Assembly (NCBI RefSeq): GCF_037042905.1
Contig: NC_087252.1
Location: 24,862,001-24,926,000 of the forward strand
Length of the DNA stretch: 64,000 nucleotides
From: Lytechinus pictus
Lineage: Eukaryota
Direction of reading: 5' to 3'
This document shows positions 41,168-55,300 of this stretch, in pieces. A program made the translations under genes and the position numbers. How positions within the stretch are numbered: position 1 is the first letter of the stretch; each line of letters starts with the position of its first letter. The notes beneath the pieces were generated by a model. That model did not search any database and was not told the origin of the DNA. It worked only from the letters and a program-made list of their open reading frames with translations.

Positions 41168-42701
41168 TGGTCTTAGCATCAAGTTGTTCATGAAGTTACA
41201 TGCGACGCTATGAAAGGTATATTATCTTGGATGCTAAATCACATTCCCAATCATTTATATTTCCATCTGATAAAGTTAAACTTCGATGAAGTTTATTTTC
41301 AAGAGTAAGAAAATCTTGGTAATCAGACTTTGAACCTGTGTCAACATCTTATCTGGTATATTGTAGGAAATTCTCTTTTACCTTATAAAAACACCAGAGA
41401 AAATCGATAATATTTCACAGGCACAATATGCACAAGAATATGTACCATTCAAGGTCACATGTATTTTATTGATTTTAAGAAAAAGGCATTAAAAGTATGA
41501 AATACCGAAGGCATGAAAAAAATCTTTTGAAATCACAAGGAGAAACTCATAAGATCCAATGTACTCATTAAGTCAACAAAACATAGTGAAGTGAAAGAGG
41601 AAGTCAGCAATATGAATGATAAATTTGTTTTTTGGTTGTAATTTTGTGGAAGACGGAATAGTCATTTTCTGGTGTACGTGGCATGTCTACGATGAGTTGG
41701 ACAGATGAAGAACAGAAATGTAAATGGTTTGAGAAAGAGCTTTATCAAGATATCTATCTAAGTTGATCTGAAATCAGACTTATCTCTTGATAATAATAAT
41801 AATAATAATAATAGCTAGTTTTTATACAGTGCTTTTCCCATAACGGCTCAAAGCGCTTTACAGCATATCATTACCCCGGTCATTGGATTCATTTCAATCT
41901 CGGACAAAGAGCACAATTTCCACTCCCTTGGGAGCATTCCTTGCATTCATCCAAGCCTCAAAACGGTGCTGGCAAAATCAAACATACAATAACTTTCGCA
42001 TCCTACCGGATAAGAACTATTGGACTTGCACTACAGAAAATAAACATCTTTAACTATTCTACCCTGAAAAGAAGTAACATACAAAAGCAACCTCTGTTTC
42101 ACAATACAAAATGTGTCTATCATGACCCTGACGCCGATGCAATATCATGACTAACCAACCATATGTCAATCATCAGCATATTTCCTACATATGATAAATT
42201 TGGCCCAAATAGACTACTAACTAGGGACAATATGAAAATATCCATAACGTAACGCATTTTCAAAAAGATACTTGGTGTAACATAAAAATACACCAGACCC
42301 AAATTCTATGCTTTTAGCTTTTGCTGACTAATTTAGAGAAGTTCCTAAAGCAGAGGCTCAACTAATACCATGTTTACAATAATCTTATGACAGCCAGTCT
42401 GCTTGGTCCAAATAAAGGGCAATGAGCATGAAATATCAATACCTGTATATTGAAAAGTTGATTGGTTTCAGACATTCTAAAGTGGAATACATACAGCTAA
42501 TCTTCTGACTATCAATCATGCATTTTCTGTGCATTTTTTTTTTCATTTTAACTATTACATTCCCTTATTTAATCATGCCTTCCTTCTTCTTTCCATTTTT
42601 GTGCATGCTTTAAGAATTAAAATGCCAGACAGCCTCAGCATGTCTACACTACTAACCCAAATTAGGTTCAATTTCGCTGACTACGCCATTGTAGTGACAT
42701 T

Positions 42702-45700
42702 CTATTCCCAGCTATCCCATATGTTGTTGTGAAGAGCTGGGTCTGCCTGTGGGTCTTGATCCGGGTAGTGCACAGGGACTGCACCTTCCTGGTATTCATA
42801 AAGTTTGTCTAGAAGGTCCCTCACAACGTCCCCTTGCTCGTCGGAGAGGTCATACACCTCGTAAGGGTCGTCCTTGATGTTGAAGAGCCACACGCATTTC
42901 CCTTCAGGTACGACTGGTTTCACAGGATGCAGTCCAGATTCAGGAGGCGGAATCCAGTGCCCTGGCCCTGTTATTGTAAAAAAAATACAGTTGGGTCTGC
43001 ATAGGTTAAACCTCTTTAATACAAATAATCAGCTCTAAGTCGACCAAACCAAACTCTGCAAAGCTTCATAAGCATGTGTCATTTACAGTTTCCAAGGCAG
43101 ATTTTGCTGAAGTCCTATGAATTTCTGTGGTCCCAAGTGATTTAACCCTATCTGCATACTTCAGTGCATGTATACAATATAATGGACACTTGCATTTTTC
43201 TTAAGATTGTCGCTATTTGCAATCTTGACCCAAGTTCAGTGACCTGTTACTACCCTCGATACTAACCCGGGTTGCCAGTGATTAGCTTCCAGTCCTTGAA
43301 TCGTATGGCTGCTCTCGTCGAAACATTGAACTTGGAAGGAAATGTGAAGTTACAACTGGGTATAGGGGGTTCCAAGGGCGGTTTGGGTGGGGACGGTGCT
43401 CCCAGTGGATCGATGTTATGAAGGAGCTCTTTTCTCGGTGAAGAAATCCCCTGGCTGTTGGAAGACGAGAAGAGATTAAACAAATAAAGCTAAACTTGCG
43501 GAAGTCAAACTTTGCCTATGTCAAATCTTCTGGGACCACTGGAATCTGTTTGACTTCAAAGATGTATGCAGGAAAACTAATGTGTTTAGGAGAAACTCAA
43601 CTTAGAAGACGTATACTGGTCAACTTCTGTAAGTCGATCTTCCTTGGGTCAAATATTTGCCCAAGTCGAACAGATTTCTGAGGTGCAACCTATTGTATTT
43701 AACCAGGAAAAGAGGGATCATATCAGTAATCAAGTGCAGATAAAGGATTTAGCAGAAAAGGGGATGCAATAATTTTCTGAAAGCAAGCAAGGAAAATGTA
43801 AGCCTCACAAGAGAGTGTACATTCCTCTTTGCCACCCCCTCTCTGGATCGACGCCCGGCAGTAATTGAAGTGAATATTTATAAGAGCACGATACAGGATT
43901 AGAATATGATTGAGGTCAATCCAATGACAATGATTTCAGTTCCCACTTTTTTTCTTCATGTTGAATGTCTACTAGTGTCATCAGAAGCCATCCAATGATA
44001 GTGATGGTAAACAACAAGAGAGGAATATGGTTCCATGAGATTAAAACGATTAAAACTTTGACCTTTTTAGTGTTTTCAGAATTTCAGATACAAGCTCTAG
44101 ATAGTGATACTACAGTACCTCCTCTCCATAAGAAAAAAAGGTTAACACTGATTAAAATGTATACACTATTAGAAAAATAGATAATTTTCCTTAAATTTTA
44201 GAGATGAGTTATAGTACCCCAAATGACTTGACTCTCTTTACCTGATGGTTTGCCAGACATTGTATCCATCCAGCTTGGCTCCTTCCAGGGTCCAGCCAGC
44301 GATACCCTCAACTAGGGTTGGGTACCAGTCACTAACATGAATGAGTTCTCTGTTGATAGTGCCCTGGACGTCATCAGGCAGTAAGGGGCTGGATACAAAG
44401 CCTACACCATGTATTCCTCCTTCCCAGAGTGATCCCTTCCAGCCTCGTAGGGGCCAGTTGTTTCCCCCTGCAATAACCTGACCACCATTATCTACGGAAA
44501 ATTAAAAAGGCAATTATCAGAAAATTTGCAGACTGGTAGACAACACAAATATCTTAAAACCTTGGTAGCATCAAGCCCCCCCCCCCCCCATCCTAGCTCC
44601 AACCAAAACACTGTCAAGTGTCATCAATAAAGGACCATTACAAAAAATAATTCCTGGGTTTTGTAACTTGATTCTAATAATTAAATTTGAGTACTCTTAA
44701 AACTGATCTTGTTACTTCATAATTTAAATTCTGAGACCTGACACTCGATTCCTTTGAGATGAAATAAATTTCTAGGATTTACAATCAATTAAAAAGCTCA
44801 GCATAAATTTAAAGACTTCACATGTTAAAAAAAATTATATTGATTGTAACAAGTATGTTACTGAAAAAAAAAAAAATCTTATTACCAGTGGAGAAAATGA
44901 GAACAGTGTTATTCCAGAGGCCTGCTTTTTTCAGACTTCCAGTGATGTTTCCAACAGCTTCGTCCATGCACGTTGTCATACCAGCGTAGATCCTACGATT
45001 TTTGTCTGCGATGGATTCATATGGCTCTATGTATTTCTCTGGGACTTCCAAAGGAGAATGGACAGCTTGGAAAGGCAGGTACAAAAACAGGGGCTGATTA
45101 AAGATTGAGAATGTGTTGAGAAAGAACAATCAGTACAGATTAATAAATTTCAAATTTTTTAGAACCATTCAGACTTTAAGTTGTCGCTAGGCTTCATGAC
45201 AATTTCAGAATTTTGGGTAAATAATACATCAAAATCTATGGCCCGCATTCTGAAGTCAGGTTTAACTTAGACCATGGTCTAACTCTGTGCTAAAATTATG
45301 GGAAGCCAGAAGTGTCAAAATTTTTATCAAGTTGTATATTTCTTATGCTTACTGTGCTCTTTCCTGATTCATCGATGTTGAAGACATTCATCTATTCATA
45401 CTTCCTAGACAATCATAAATGATTTGAGAGCCAAATGAGCTGAAATATGATATCTCTACCGTTAGTGATTTATGCAACAATTGGCTATCCATACTTTAAC
45501 CACAACTTTAAACCTGAGTTTAAGTTAAACCCGACTTCAGAATACGGGCCTATGTGTCCTAGGATGTTCAAGCAGGACATAATACGAATAGTCCATCAGT
45601 CCTTGTTGCTTCCTGTCATAGAGCGTTAGATTTTCAACCACGGCGGATCTCGATTATTTTTGGGTTTGGCTCAATCAATACCGGATATCCCTCCAAAAAC

Positions 45701-47782
45701 GCAACCCCATTATGAAGCTCAAATGCCTTAACCATTTCGAAAATTTGTCACCGAAACAAAAGACAGAGGAAATTATTGGCATCAATTCTTTCAGAACATT
45801 GGTAGATGACTCTGCTAAAAAAATATTTTTTTTTTGCAAATAAAGGAGGGTTTTTTTCAGCATTGGATCCCTGGTAGGATAGAAGATAATTGTATTTGCC
45901 AAGTATAGTGAGTGCCTCACATGTTAACAATAATAATAATTATAATATGCAACATTAATATAGCGCTTAATACAAATGTTTCTAATTGCTGCATACTATT
46001 ACCCCGGCTTTAGCACTGCTACTCTGATCGGGCACTCGAGCATTCAAGGAATTCCTTACTACCGGGTACCCATTAACTTCACCTGGGTGGAGAGTGGCAA
46101 ATGTACATAAACGCTTTGCCAAAAGACGCGAGTGCTGCAGTGGGATTTGAACCCCGGACATTGTGGTTCAAAGTCCAGAGACTTATCCACTGAACCACAA
46201 CACTTAACTGGGTCTTATCGCGTTGACAGTAAAGAACAAACCTTCTGTGTGTCGTGCTGCTCTATAACCTGCTGTGCACGTTGTGCAAAGACATGAGTCG
46301 AGTAGACACCACTGTAGTTCGTTGTAGGTTCGAGGTTGTCACGGAAGTCAAGGCCATGCCAGTGTTGGGAGAAGAATTGTAATGCAAGGCTGTGCGTGTA
46401 ATAATCTTCGCCACCATTCAAGTAACCTACAGCAAGAGATTTAAAACACAGTTACCCAAGCATAATTATCACATTTCTTCAAACCGTACGATCGATCCAA
46501 TCAATCTCAACTATATGGAAATCCATCCATACCATGATTTTTTTCTACAGGAAATTTGCACAAACGCCTCAGTAAACAAAGAGAATCACACTGAATCTTA
46601 AAGAGAACGATGAATGTATGAATATATACATCATATATCTCAAAAATATTTTGAACAATTTTGCACTTTAGATGTTGACGTTGCTGGCCGTCCATAATTG
46701 TGGTTGATCGGATCAATCGCAACTCTTGGTAAGATTAAAGGGGCCCTGGACACTGACCGAAGAATGATTTGAATCCTCGATTAGTCGGCCAGCATGCTCT
46801 CTTGTAAAAGCCGAGGTGCCACTTCCCAATGACGTGAGTCTCGTACCCTGCATCGCTCAGTTTGTCCGCCAATGTAGAATCGTTGAGAGGGAGACAGTTG
46901 GGCTGAGCAGGCTTGATAATGCCATGTTGAAGACCAGTATGTATCTGCAATGAATTTGAAAAATAAAATCATTTAAAAAGTCTTTCCAAGAAGTAGTTTA
47001 CTCTTTGCCCCGCTTTGTTCGACTGGAGGCACATCCAGCATACTACCTAGGTTGACTCAGTCACATATACACACACTCCACATAGTGCATAATGTCTATT
47101 GTTCATACATACATACACAATAGTGACGTGTGCAGACAGGTGGGGCCTTGGGGCACCATTTTTTTTTTCAATTTGAAAATGAAAAGTTTTTTTTTCAAGA
47201 AAATCATATATACTTCTTTCAAACTTTGATGAGATTTTGGGCACACTTACAAGAATATTAAAGAATATTATCAACTGAAAGTTTTTGTGAAATAAAAATA
47301 ATTTCATGTTATGTTACTATCTAAGTAAGTAAGTCATACATAGCCCCCCGGCCCCCCCCCCCTTCTTGAGTTATTCATGCTATTATACTTTCAAGTCCTT
47401 TGGCTTTGCAGCCAGGTTCGCTTCACTGCCTTCAGCTTTTGGGGACAAACGAACAATTATTTTGTTATTAAAGTCTACTCTCATACTCTGAAGCCCCAGT
47501 CCAGTGCTTATGGCATGCTATGCAAATTACCTGATATTTGCCGCTCATAAGTTGACTTCTCGTCGGAGTACATATCGGTTGCACGTAGTAATTCTCGAGC
47601 TTCACTCCGGCGCTGGCAAGGCCGTCCAAATTCGGTGTTTTTATGAAGCCGTTATTGTGATAACCTATATCATGGAATCCATAGTCGTCAGCCAGTATCA
47701 ACACGATATTTGGTGGCAAAGCATGTAATGTGGGAAAGTTAAAAAATAAAAGGATAGATAAGCAAAATAGAGAGAAATCCAT
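42702..47782 (-). CDS. ARSB: Arylsulfatase B-like sulfatase (exons 47531-47782, 46758-46944, 46242-46426, 44886-45093, 44242-44491, 43267-43454, 42702-42967; 511 aa)
   Basis: Signal peptide, [12 protein letters not shown], formylglycine motif [58 protein letters not shown]. Seven GT-AG exons in phase sum to 1536 nt. ARSB versus ARSI/J-type paralog not resolved without a tree. Confidence 0.93.
45239..45551. mobile_element. TIR MITE in sulfatase intron 3
   Basis: GGCCCG(C/T)ATTCTGAAGTC(A/G)GGTTTAACTTA inverted at both ends. Confidence 0.8.
45930..46205 (-). mobile_element. tRNA-derived SINE, near full length
   Basis: On the minus strand: A box near 46195, B box GGTTCAAATCC, CCACCCAGGTG...AATGGGTACC body and (ATT)n tail. 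A related 3' part lies at about 41790-42010. Confidence 0.78.
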
Positions 47783-47874
47783 TATTGGATTTAACAGAAA
47801 AACACGTCCGAATTCAATCAGTCTTTCTCATGATCCTGCGCGCACCGCACCCCACTGCACTCGAGCTGAGGAGA

Positions 47875-48113
47875 GTCACATGATTTCGAACAGTTGGTCT
47901 TTGTTCAGATGTTCAAACATAATTTCCTTATGTCAATATTGTTTTCCATGAATTTAATCCGTTGCTACCATGTATATACCCTTTTTACTTTTAATTAACC
48001 TAGATAAAATATTAATTTCATATTCTTGATGGATTTTTTTTTCATAAATTTTAATTTCATGAATGTGGTGTAATATAAGCGATCACAATCAAGGCTAAAA
48101 TTTGATCACGTGC
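47875..48113. promoter_or_regulatory. MiT/TFE-type E-boxes upstream of the sulfatase (GTCACATGAT 47875-47884; ATCACGTGC 48105-48113)
   Basis: M-box and CLEAR-like matches about 90 and 320 bp upstream of the ATG. Confidence 0.45.
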
Positions 48114-48624
48114 AATACTGAGTTGTGAGTTGTCAGGTGATCGTAATGTTTACATCGGGAATGATTATTATTGGACATGACAGGTGTAACTTTTGACCAA
48201 TGACCATTTAGAAGTTCCGTTGTAGAATTGAGCGTTTGAAAAAAAAAAAAATAATTACAGGATTATGTGTGTGTTGGGGGGGGGGGGGGATGCCGGGGGT
48301 GGTGCTTTAGCACAAGTGATTTCAGTGTGTGTAAAGTGTGAAGGGGTGGGGCTGACTATATATTAAAAAAAATCACAATCGGATGGAGTAATTTTGTGTA
48401 AACGTTAATTGAAAAAAAAATGTGGAGGGTTATGGAAAAGCTCCTGTGGCATATTTTGAAGGGGCATACTTTGTTTGAATATGTATTTCTCCCTTTTATC
48501 ATTCTCTCTACTCTATTTTCTTATTTCTGTTACCTTGTTCAAAACTAAACTAAAAGCCTACATTTTTCAAGAGAGTTTCAATATTAAAATAAGTCACTTT
48601 ATTAAATAATTTGTAGAGACAGCC

Positions 48625-48936
48625 GGGGCCGATTGCACGAAAGGGTCTTTGCAAGGACCGTCTTTCGTGTCGCCCATTTTTCATGATGCGCCATGTGAAA
48701 CGCATTTCAAATAAATTATCTGCAAACATATTTTATCAATCCGTTCAAATAAACAAAATATTTGTTTATAAAATGATGTGATATCTCATGAAATTGTATA
48801 AAATTTGATTTAAAAGCAAGCTAACGAATTTTATTTTTTAACATAAATTTCAGAAACACCCTGCTTATAGCGCACCATAAAAGATTGTTGACACGAAAGA
48901 CGGTCCTTGGAAAGACCCTTTCGTGCAATCGGCCCC
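48625..48936. mobile_element. Harbinger-like MITE
   Basis: About 45-bp TIR GGGGCCGATTGCACGAAAGGGTCTTT... Confidence 0.82.
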
Positions 48937-49069
48937 AGGCTTCCCTGGTTCCAGTCATTATAACTTAATCACACTTTTTTGTTTATTAATCCTGTTAACT
49001 ATTTCATTATATTGTAATGCGCAGTTGAGTAAATACATATAGAAATAGCGCAATATTAATGTTCAATTA

Positions 49070-49265
49070 CTCTTATTATTATTATTATTATTATGATTAT
49101 CATCATTATCATCATCATTGTCATCATTATTATAAATATTATCATCATTATCATTGTTATCATTATTATTTTTATTATTATTATTATTGCTATTGTTGTT
49201 GTTGTTGTTGTTGTTGTTATTATTTATTATTATTTTTGTTATATTATTAGGCTTATTATTATTAC
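49070..49265. repeat. Compound trinucleotide microsatellite (ATT/ATC/GTT)
   Basis: Directly visible. Confidence 0.9.
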
Positions 49266-49302
49266 GGATTGTCAGCATTTTTATTTTCATTTTTTTTCAC
49301 AG

Positions 49303-52300
49303 GAAGTAAAAGATGTAAATCCTATTATCGATGGCATTGAGCTGGAGACGTACGAACCCGCTAAGGGGAGCGTCTTCCGTCAGCCCGATGATGCCGATAC
49401 GGGATCCATCGGGAACGAGTTCCATCCCGAAGCTCAGCGGCAGAACTCGAGGAAAAAGACCCTGCTGAAAGGTTTCATTGCGGTGGCAATCATCGTCGCC
49501 ATCATCGTCGTAATCGTCTGCCTTGTCATCTTCCTGGGTGAGTTGTGCATTGTCTACCATTTCATTGATTTATTTTAATGATTTGTTTCTGTTTTGTGAA
49601 GAAAAAACTTATTATCATGGTCAATATTCTTTTTAAGTCCAAGAAAAAAGTTTGAAAGTTTTGAAGTTTGAAAAAAATATCAACACCCAAATTCAAAACA
49701 GTCGATGTAGACCTATTTCTGACTAGTTAACACGTGTTTATTTGCTTGCTTGTTTTAGTCGGATTTTTCCTCCGAGATCACTTGCCTCCCTAATTTTCCT
49801 ATTTTCTCTTTTCCTTTTTTTTAACGATCACAGGTCCAAAAACCAAAGGGTCCACAACAACGGCACCAACAAGGGTGACACCAACAGGAACTACGCCAAC
49901 AGGAACAACCCCTCCTGGTAAATATTCTATTACATTATTAAAGTCCTTTCCCAGCATAGTGTTTCACCCACACCCACACCCACAGTTCACTCTACGTGAG
50001 GACGCATCCACCATAGTCTGCTGTGCAAACCTTCACTATACAGTGCGTCCCAGAAAAAACGAAACCGAGATTTAGCGATGATTTATCATAACTTAATCAC
50101 AAATAAAATAGACAAATGACCTACCAATGTAAAGCTTAGAATCTCCTCTTTCATCTGATATTAATTAGATTATTTCTCCTTCACGCATGAGTGAGCAAAA
50201 ACAATTTGAAGAGGGGATATCAAAAAGTCATTTGGCGGGTTGTATCCAGCTTTCAAAAGGGAAACCACATTAAAAAAAAATGCAATATCTGCTCTTCAAT
50301 TTGATACCTCAATTACAGAAAATGGTCAAGAAATAACAAAGTTCTGGTTATTTGAAATAAGGCTTGAATTTCAATAATTTCATAATTTCATAAAATGAAG
50401 AGGTTTTACAGGCTAGCGTTCAAACTCACTCGACACTCCGTTTTGTTTACGATCAGCCATGCATTAAGTCTTTTGTTAACCATGCGATAGCTTCTGTGGG
50501 AAACCGGTGAAAACAGTTTATTTAATGAAATTATGGAAATTCAAGCCTTATTTCAAATAACCAGAACTTTGTTATTTCTTGACCATTTTCTGTAATTGAG
50601 GTATCAAATTAAAGAGCAGATATTGAACTTTTAAGACATGTGATTTTCTTTTTGAAATTCATATACCCCCCCGCCAAATGAGTTTTTGGTATCCTTCCTT
50701 CAAATTGTTTTTGCTCACTCATGCGTGAATGAGGAATAATCTAAGTAATATTATTTATTTATTTATTTAAAACGGTTTAATTCAACAAGGGTGTCTATAG
50801 CGGCTGAAAAGCCGAATTGCATTACCCTTTACAATGATTTACATAAAAAATACAATCAATATCAAACAAAGAACAACTGAATTTACACAAATTCTACATC
50901 TTAAATACACTTATATCACGATATAAATTAAATTTAATAATAAATTGATACTGATAGTACATGCATTTGTTGTAAAATGTTGTTAAAAACAAAAAAAAAT
51001 CGTACAGATTAATTAAAAATTCACATCTGAATGGCAAGACTCGTTTTTTTCTTTCCCGTAATAACCTGATTAAAAATGTTATAATGAAATAATATGGTTC
51101 ATCATCTTAAGTTGTTAACTCAAAGCAAAGGACAGAGAGAATTACAATAGGAATTAGAAAGAGAGGGAAATTGAGCGAAAATCAAAGAGAGAGAAATGAA
51201 GGGAAAGAGGGAGAGAGGAAGGAGAAAAGCAACGAGGTGAATTGAGGTAGTAAAAAAAAAGACAGATTGTCATAAAGAGAGATTGCGAGTGTACAACAGA
51301 TGGATACGTTATTAACTGATTGCACTTCCTATATAAAATTTGAGAATTTACAAAACAACGTATCTCCAGTCATGTAAATGAACCTAATGTACTGCTACAG
51401 AGGCCTGTGAAATGGATCCTGTAACCAAGGGCAAGACAAAAGCACGTAAAACAGTCTTAACATATGAATTCTTAGCAATGCGTCATATAGAAAAGTTAAA
51501 AAGAGGCATAGAAAGTAGAGATAGATAGATAGATAAAAGGCTAAGTAGAAGGGATAAAATGGAAGAGAAGGGTAAAGAAAGAAATGGAGCTAGGAAGAGA
51601 GAGAAAGGAAATAAAGAAAGAAAGAAAGAAAGAAAGGGAGCTTAAGAAGGAAAGAATGAAAGAGAGATAGAAAGAAAGAAAAAAAAAAGAAAGAGATGAG
51701 TAAATGGAGGAGAGAGAGAAACGAAAAAAAAAACAGAGAGTAGAAAAAAAAAACATTAGTAATTATTAAAAGAATTAAGTTAATGAAAACTGGAAAAAGA
51801 GAGGGAAAGAAAAGAATGAAATAGGAAACCAAAAGAAAGAAAAAAAACGAAGAACAGACAGAAATGTAGACCGAATTAAGAGAGAAGATGGAAACTTATT
51901 AAGTGGATTAAAAAAAAAATTAAAAAAAAAATTAAAAAAAAAAAGACTAAAGGATGCAAACGTAAAAAGGATGAGAGAATTAGAAAGACGCATGCACTGC
52001 AAGCTGATTCACTACATGTGGTTGAAAATATATTAAGTACAGTGAGCATTCAATAGTCGGATTAGATATGGCAAAGGACTATTTCTATGCCTAACAGTTT
52101 TGCATTGCACTTCGGTGAATTTGTTATTGTTTCTGAGATTCTTAGAGTGTGATTCACCGCGTGTTTGGGGAAGCGAATGTCTGAACCTCGCGCTAGGACC
52201 CAAGAGAGTCTCTGCGCGAAGCTGAGACAGAGGCATTCCCTGCGGTGACTCAGAGTGGGCAAACGGCACCGCTGGAGAGCATTCTCGTAGGAAGTGTACT

Positions 52301-55300
52301 GAAATCCTAAAATCATGCGACACGCGCGCTTCTGAATACGTTCAATTTGAACAACTTGGGTAGAAGTTAAGCCCGAGCTCCACACGGGAGCGCAATATTC
52401 GAGCACCGGTCGAATGTAAGAAACATATATTTTAACCAAATCGTCAATTGGCAGTCGAAACCTGATTAGATTTCGCAGCATGTGCAGTCTCACGTTTGCC
52501 TTCTTTACCATTTCATTTACATGTGAAGACCATTTAAGATCACTCTGTATATTAACCCCTAGTAACTTTATACAATCTGTTTGAGTAATTTCTTGACCCT
52601 CAATTAATAAAATGATTGGCAGAGGAGGGTTACGCATGAACGTTACTGTCATACTTGAACATTTCTTGGGATTCAGTTTCATATTATTATTGAGCGTCCA
52701 TTGTTCTAACTCGGTCACACTTGATTGGATATTAGATGGAGCGGACGATTTTCTACTCTCCAACAATGTGAGGTCATCTACAAACTTCCAGTAGGATGGG
52801 GGATTAGGACTGTTGCACGCATCGTTGATTATTGCAAGGAAAACAATGGGGCCAAGTCTTGTCCCTTGTGGAGCACCTGCATAAACTTCTAGCCAATCAG
52901 AGAAAGATGTGCGATACTTTATCGCTCTGTTGCCTGTTGTTAAGAAAGTCCGCTATCCACGCGATAGCGCACGGGCGGACGTTCATTTGAAGCAACTTGG
53001 CAATGGCTATGTTGTGGTTAATCCTGTTGAACGCTTTGCTAAAATCAGTTGTAACAATCGTGGTAATCATTTTCGACTTTTCTGCGTTACTGTGGATCAT
53101 CTGAAGTAAATCGATCAAGTAGTGCGAGGTTGAGATTCCCTTCGTGTTGCCGAATTGTGCAGGATCAATGAACTTCTCCATATCGGAAAGAGTCCATTTG
53201 GCTATGAATTTCTCAGCCACCTTGGCAAAATGATCTGTCAAGGAAACCGGTCTTAGATCATTCACAGATGGTTGAGATGTTTTCGGCAAAGGAACTACAT
53301 GGGCTTTCTTCCAGCATTTTAGATGAAAGAGGAGATTCTAAGCTTTACATTGGTAGGTCATTTGTCTATTCTATTTTTGATTAAGTTATGATAAATCATC
53401 GCTAAATCTCGGTTTCGTTTTTTCTGGGACGCACTGTATAGTGATCTTAATGCACAGCCTACAGCATTGGCGGCGGAAGCCAAAAAAATTAGGGGGGGGG
53501 GTCCACCTGAAATTTTGGGATGGACACTGGTAAACAATTGGACAAGCAAAAAAAAAGGTTATCAACCAAAATTTTAGGGGGACCACAAAAATTTAGGGGG
53601 GTCCACCTCCATTTAGGGGGGACGCAGGAAACAAAATTGACAAGCATAACAAAAAAAAGTTATCAACAGAAATTTTAGGGGGGTCCGTCCCCCCACCTCA
53701 AATTAAGGGGGGCGGAACCCCCCCCCCCCTCCACCCGCTTCCGCCGCCTATGGCCTACATTGACCTGTGTAAAGAAACAGCAAGTTCTGTGTGTGCTACC
53801 AAAAACTGGCATTGAGCTACTCTCTTGTGAAGACTCACATGTCGACCAAAGTTCCAATCAGGATCTGTGCCTGAAAACTTCATCCACGATACATACACGT
53901 GATATGGCAATTTTGATTTTGTACAGCCCCATCCGGCTATATTTAGAAGTAAAAAAAATATTGCATTGCATTTTTATTTATTTTATTCGTTGTACGATAA
54001 AAAGAGCTATATGCCGATCGAATTCTTTCCTTTGGTGTATTAAAGAAGAATAAATCACTTTGGGCATGTTAGCTTGTATGAGAATAGTCAGAGAAATCAA
54101 AGAATAAGATCGATGAAATTTTGCGAACAATAATTGGACAAACAGTAAGAAAGTTACATGCATTTCAAAGTCGATATCACTGTTGCTATGGAGATCCTCC
54201 CGTTGACAATGCGACCATAATATGTGTGATGTCACACATGAACTGGACAAACCCTCCTTTGTATGCTGAAAATATACCCCGATCATCTACTTTGCTAAAA
54301 AGTACTTTTCAAATGTATTTTATGAATCGTCTTTTCTCCCATGGAAAGATTACCCCCGGCAACTACACTTGCGTGGTAAACTACTCCCGAAGGATACCAC
54401 GGCCCCGGAATAACTATATGACAATGTTATTCCGGGCCCCGGAATAATATTACATTGTTCTATATATTTTTTTTGCAATCTAAATCTCGTTTCCCTTCCC
54501 CCTCAGGTACCGTTATTCCTACTGTCATACCTGGGGTATCTATTGGTAAGTAGATGATAAGCTAGATGATATTTATTAACCAGATTAGATCATTGTATTA
54601 ATATACTAGATTCTAGAAAATACAAATTTTGAAATTGAATTGAAGTAATATAATTATGTTTTCTATTTTTTATATATAGAATAATCTGTATTTGTTGTGT
54701 CACCACTTTATACACACGGGATTTTCTTTATCATCATTGGTGTGGGTTTATTTGGTTGTTGGAAATGGGCACTTAAAAATGTTAATATCATCATGGATAT
54801 TTTTTATTATCATTATTTTTGTTTGAAATATAAGAGACTCTTTTCGTCAAAGGGCAACAAAACTGCATATCAAATAGCATACGAGTCCTGGAGTTAATTA
54901 AATTCAGTGGCCACATATATAATCCTTTTTCATGAGTCTGAGCTTTAGAATAGTGTGCACATCCTGTAGAGAAACTTCTACAATCATGGTGACTGTTTAC
55001 TTTCATTCGTAGAAAATGGACAAAATAGATCAATACCAATAAAATCCACTGGATTTTTCTCAATCCCCATAATATAGAAGAGATCCAAATAAGATTTCAC
55101 AAAAAGCATCATTTGATATTCTCACTTGATTTTTTTTATTACATGAACTATACTATGTTTGTCATTACAGTTCTGCTATTTGTATTATAAACACAAGAAA
55201 GAGATATTTAGCAGGTAGTAGTCATATATTATACATTTTTATATAAAGATACATGGTATAGAAAAAAAAGGGATCGGTAATCGTGGGGGCAGTTGGTTAA

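Noticed and set aside
48270-48300. G-run upstream of the sulfatase as a sea-urchin Ars-insulator-like element
   Set aside because: G/C runs are common throughout the window and mostly MITE-derived; no other supporting similarity could be established.
49059-49300. Poly-Ile/Asn/Tyr ORFs (also poly-His at 27548-27887 and 61825-62480)
   Set aside because: Trinucleotide microsatellites; only the part from 49303 onward is a real exon.
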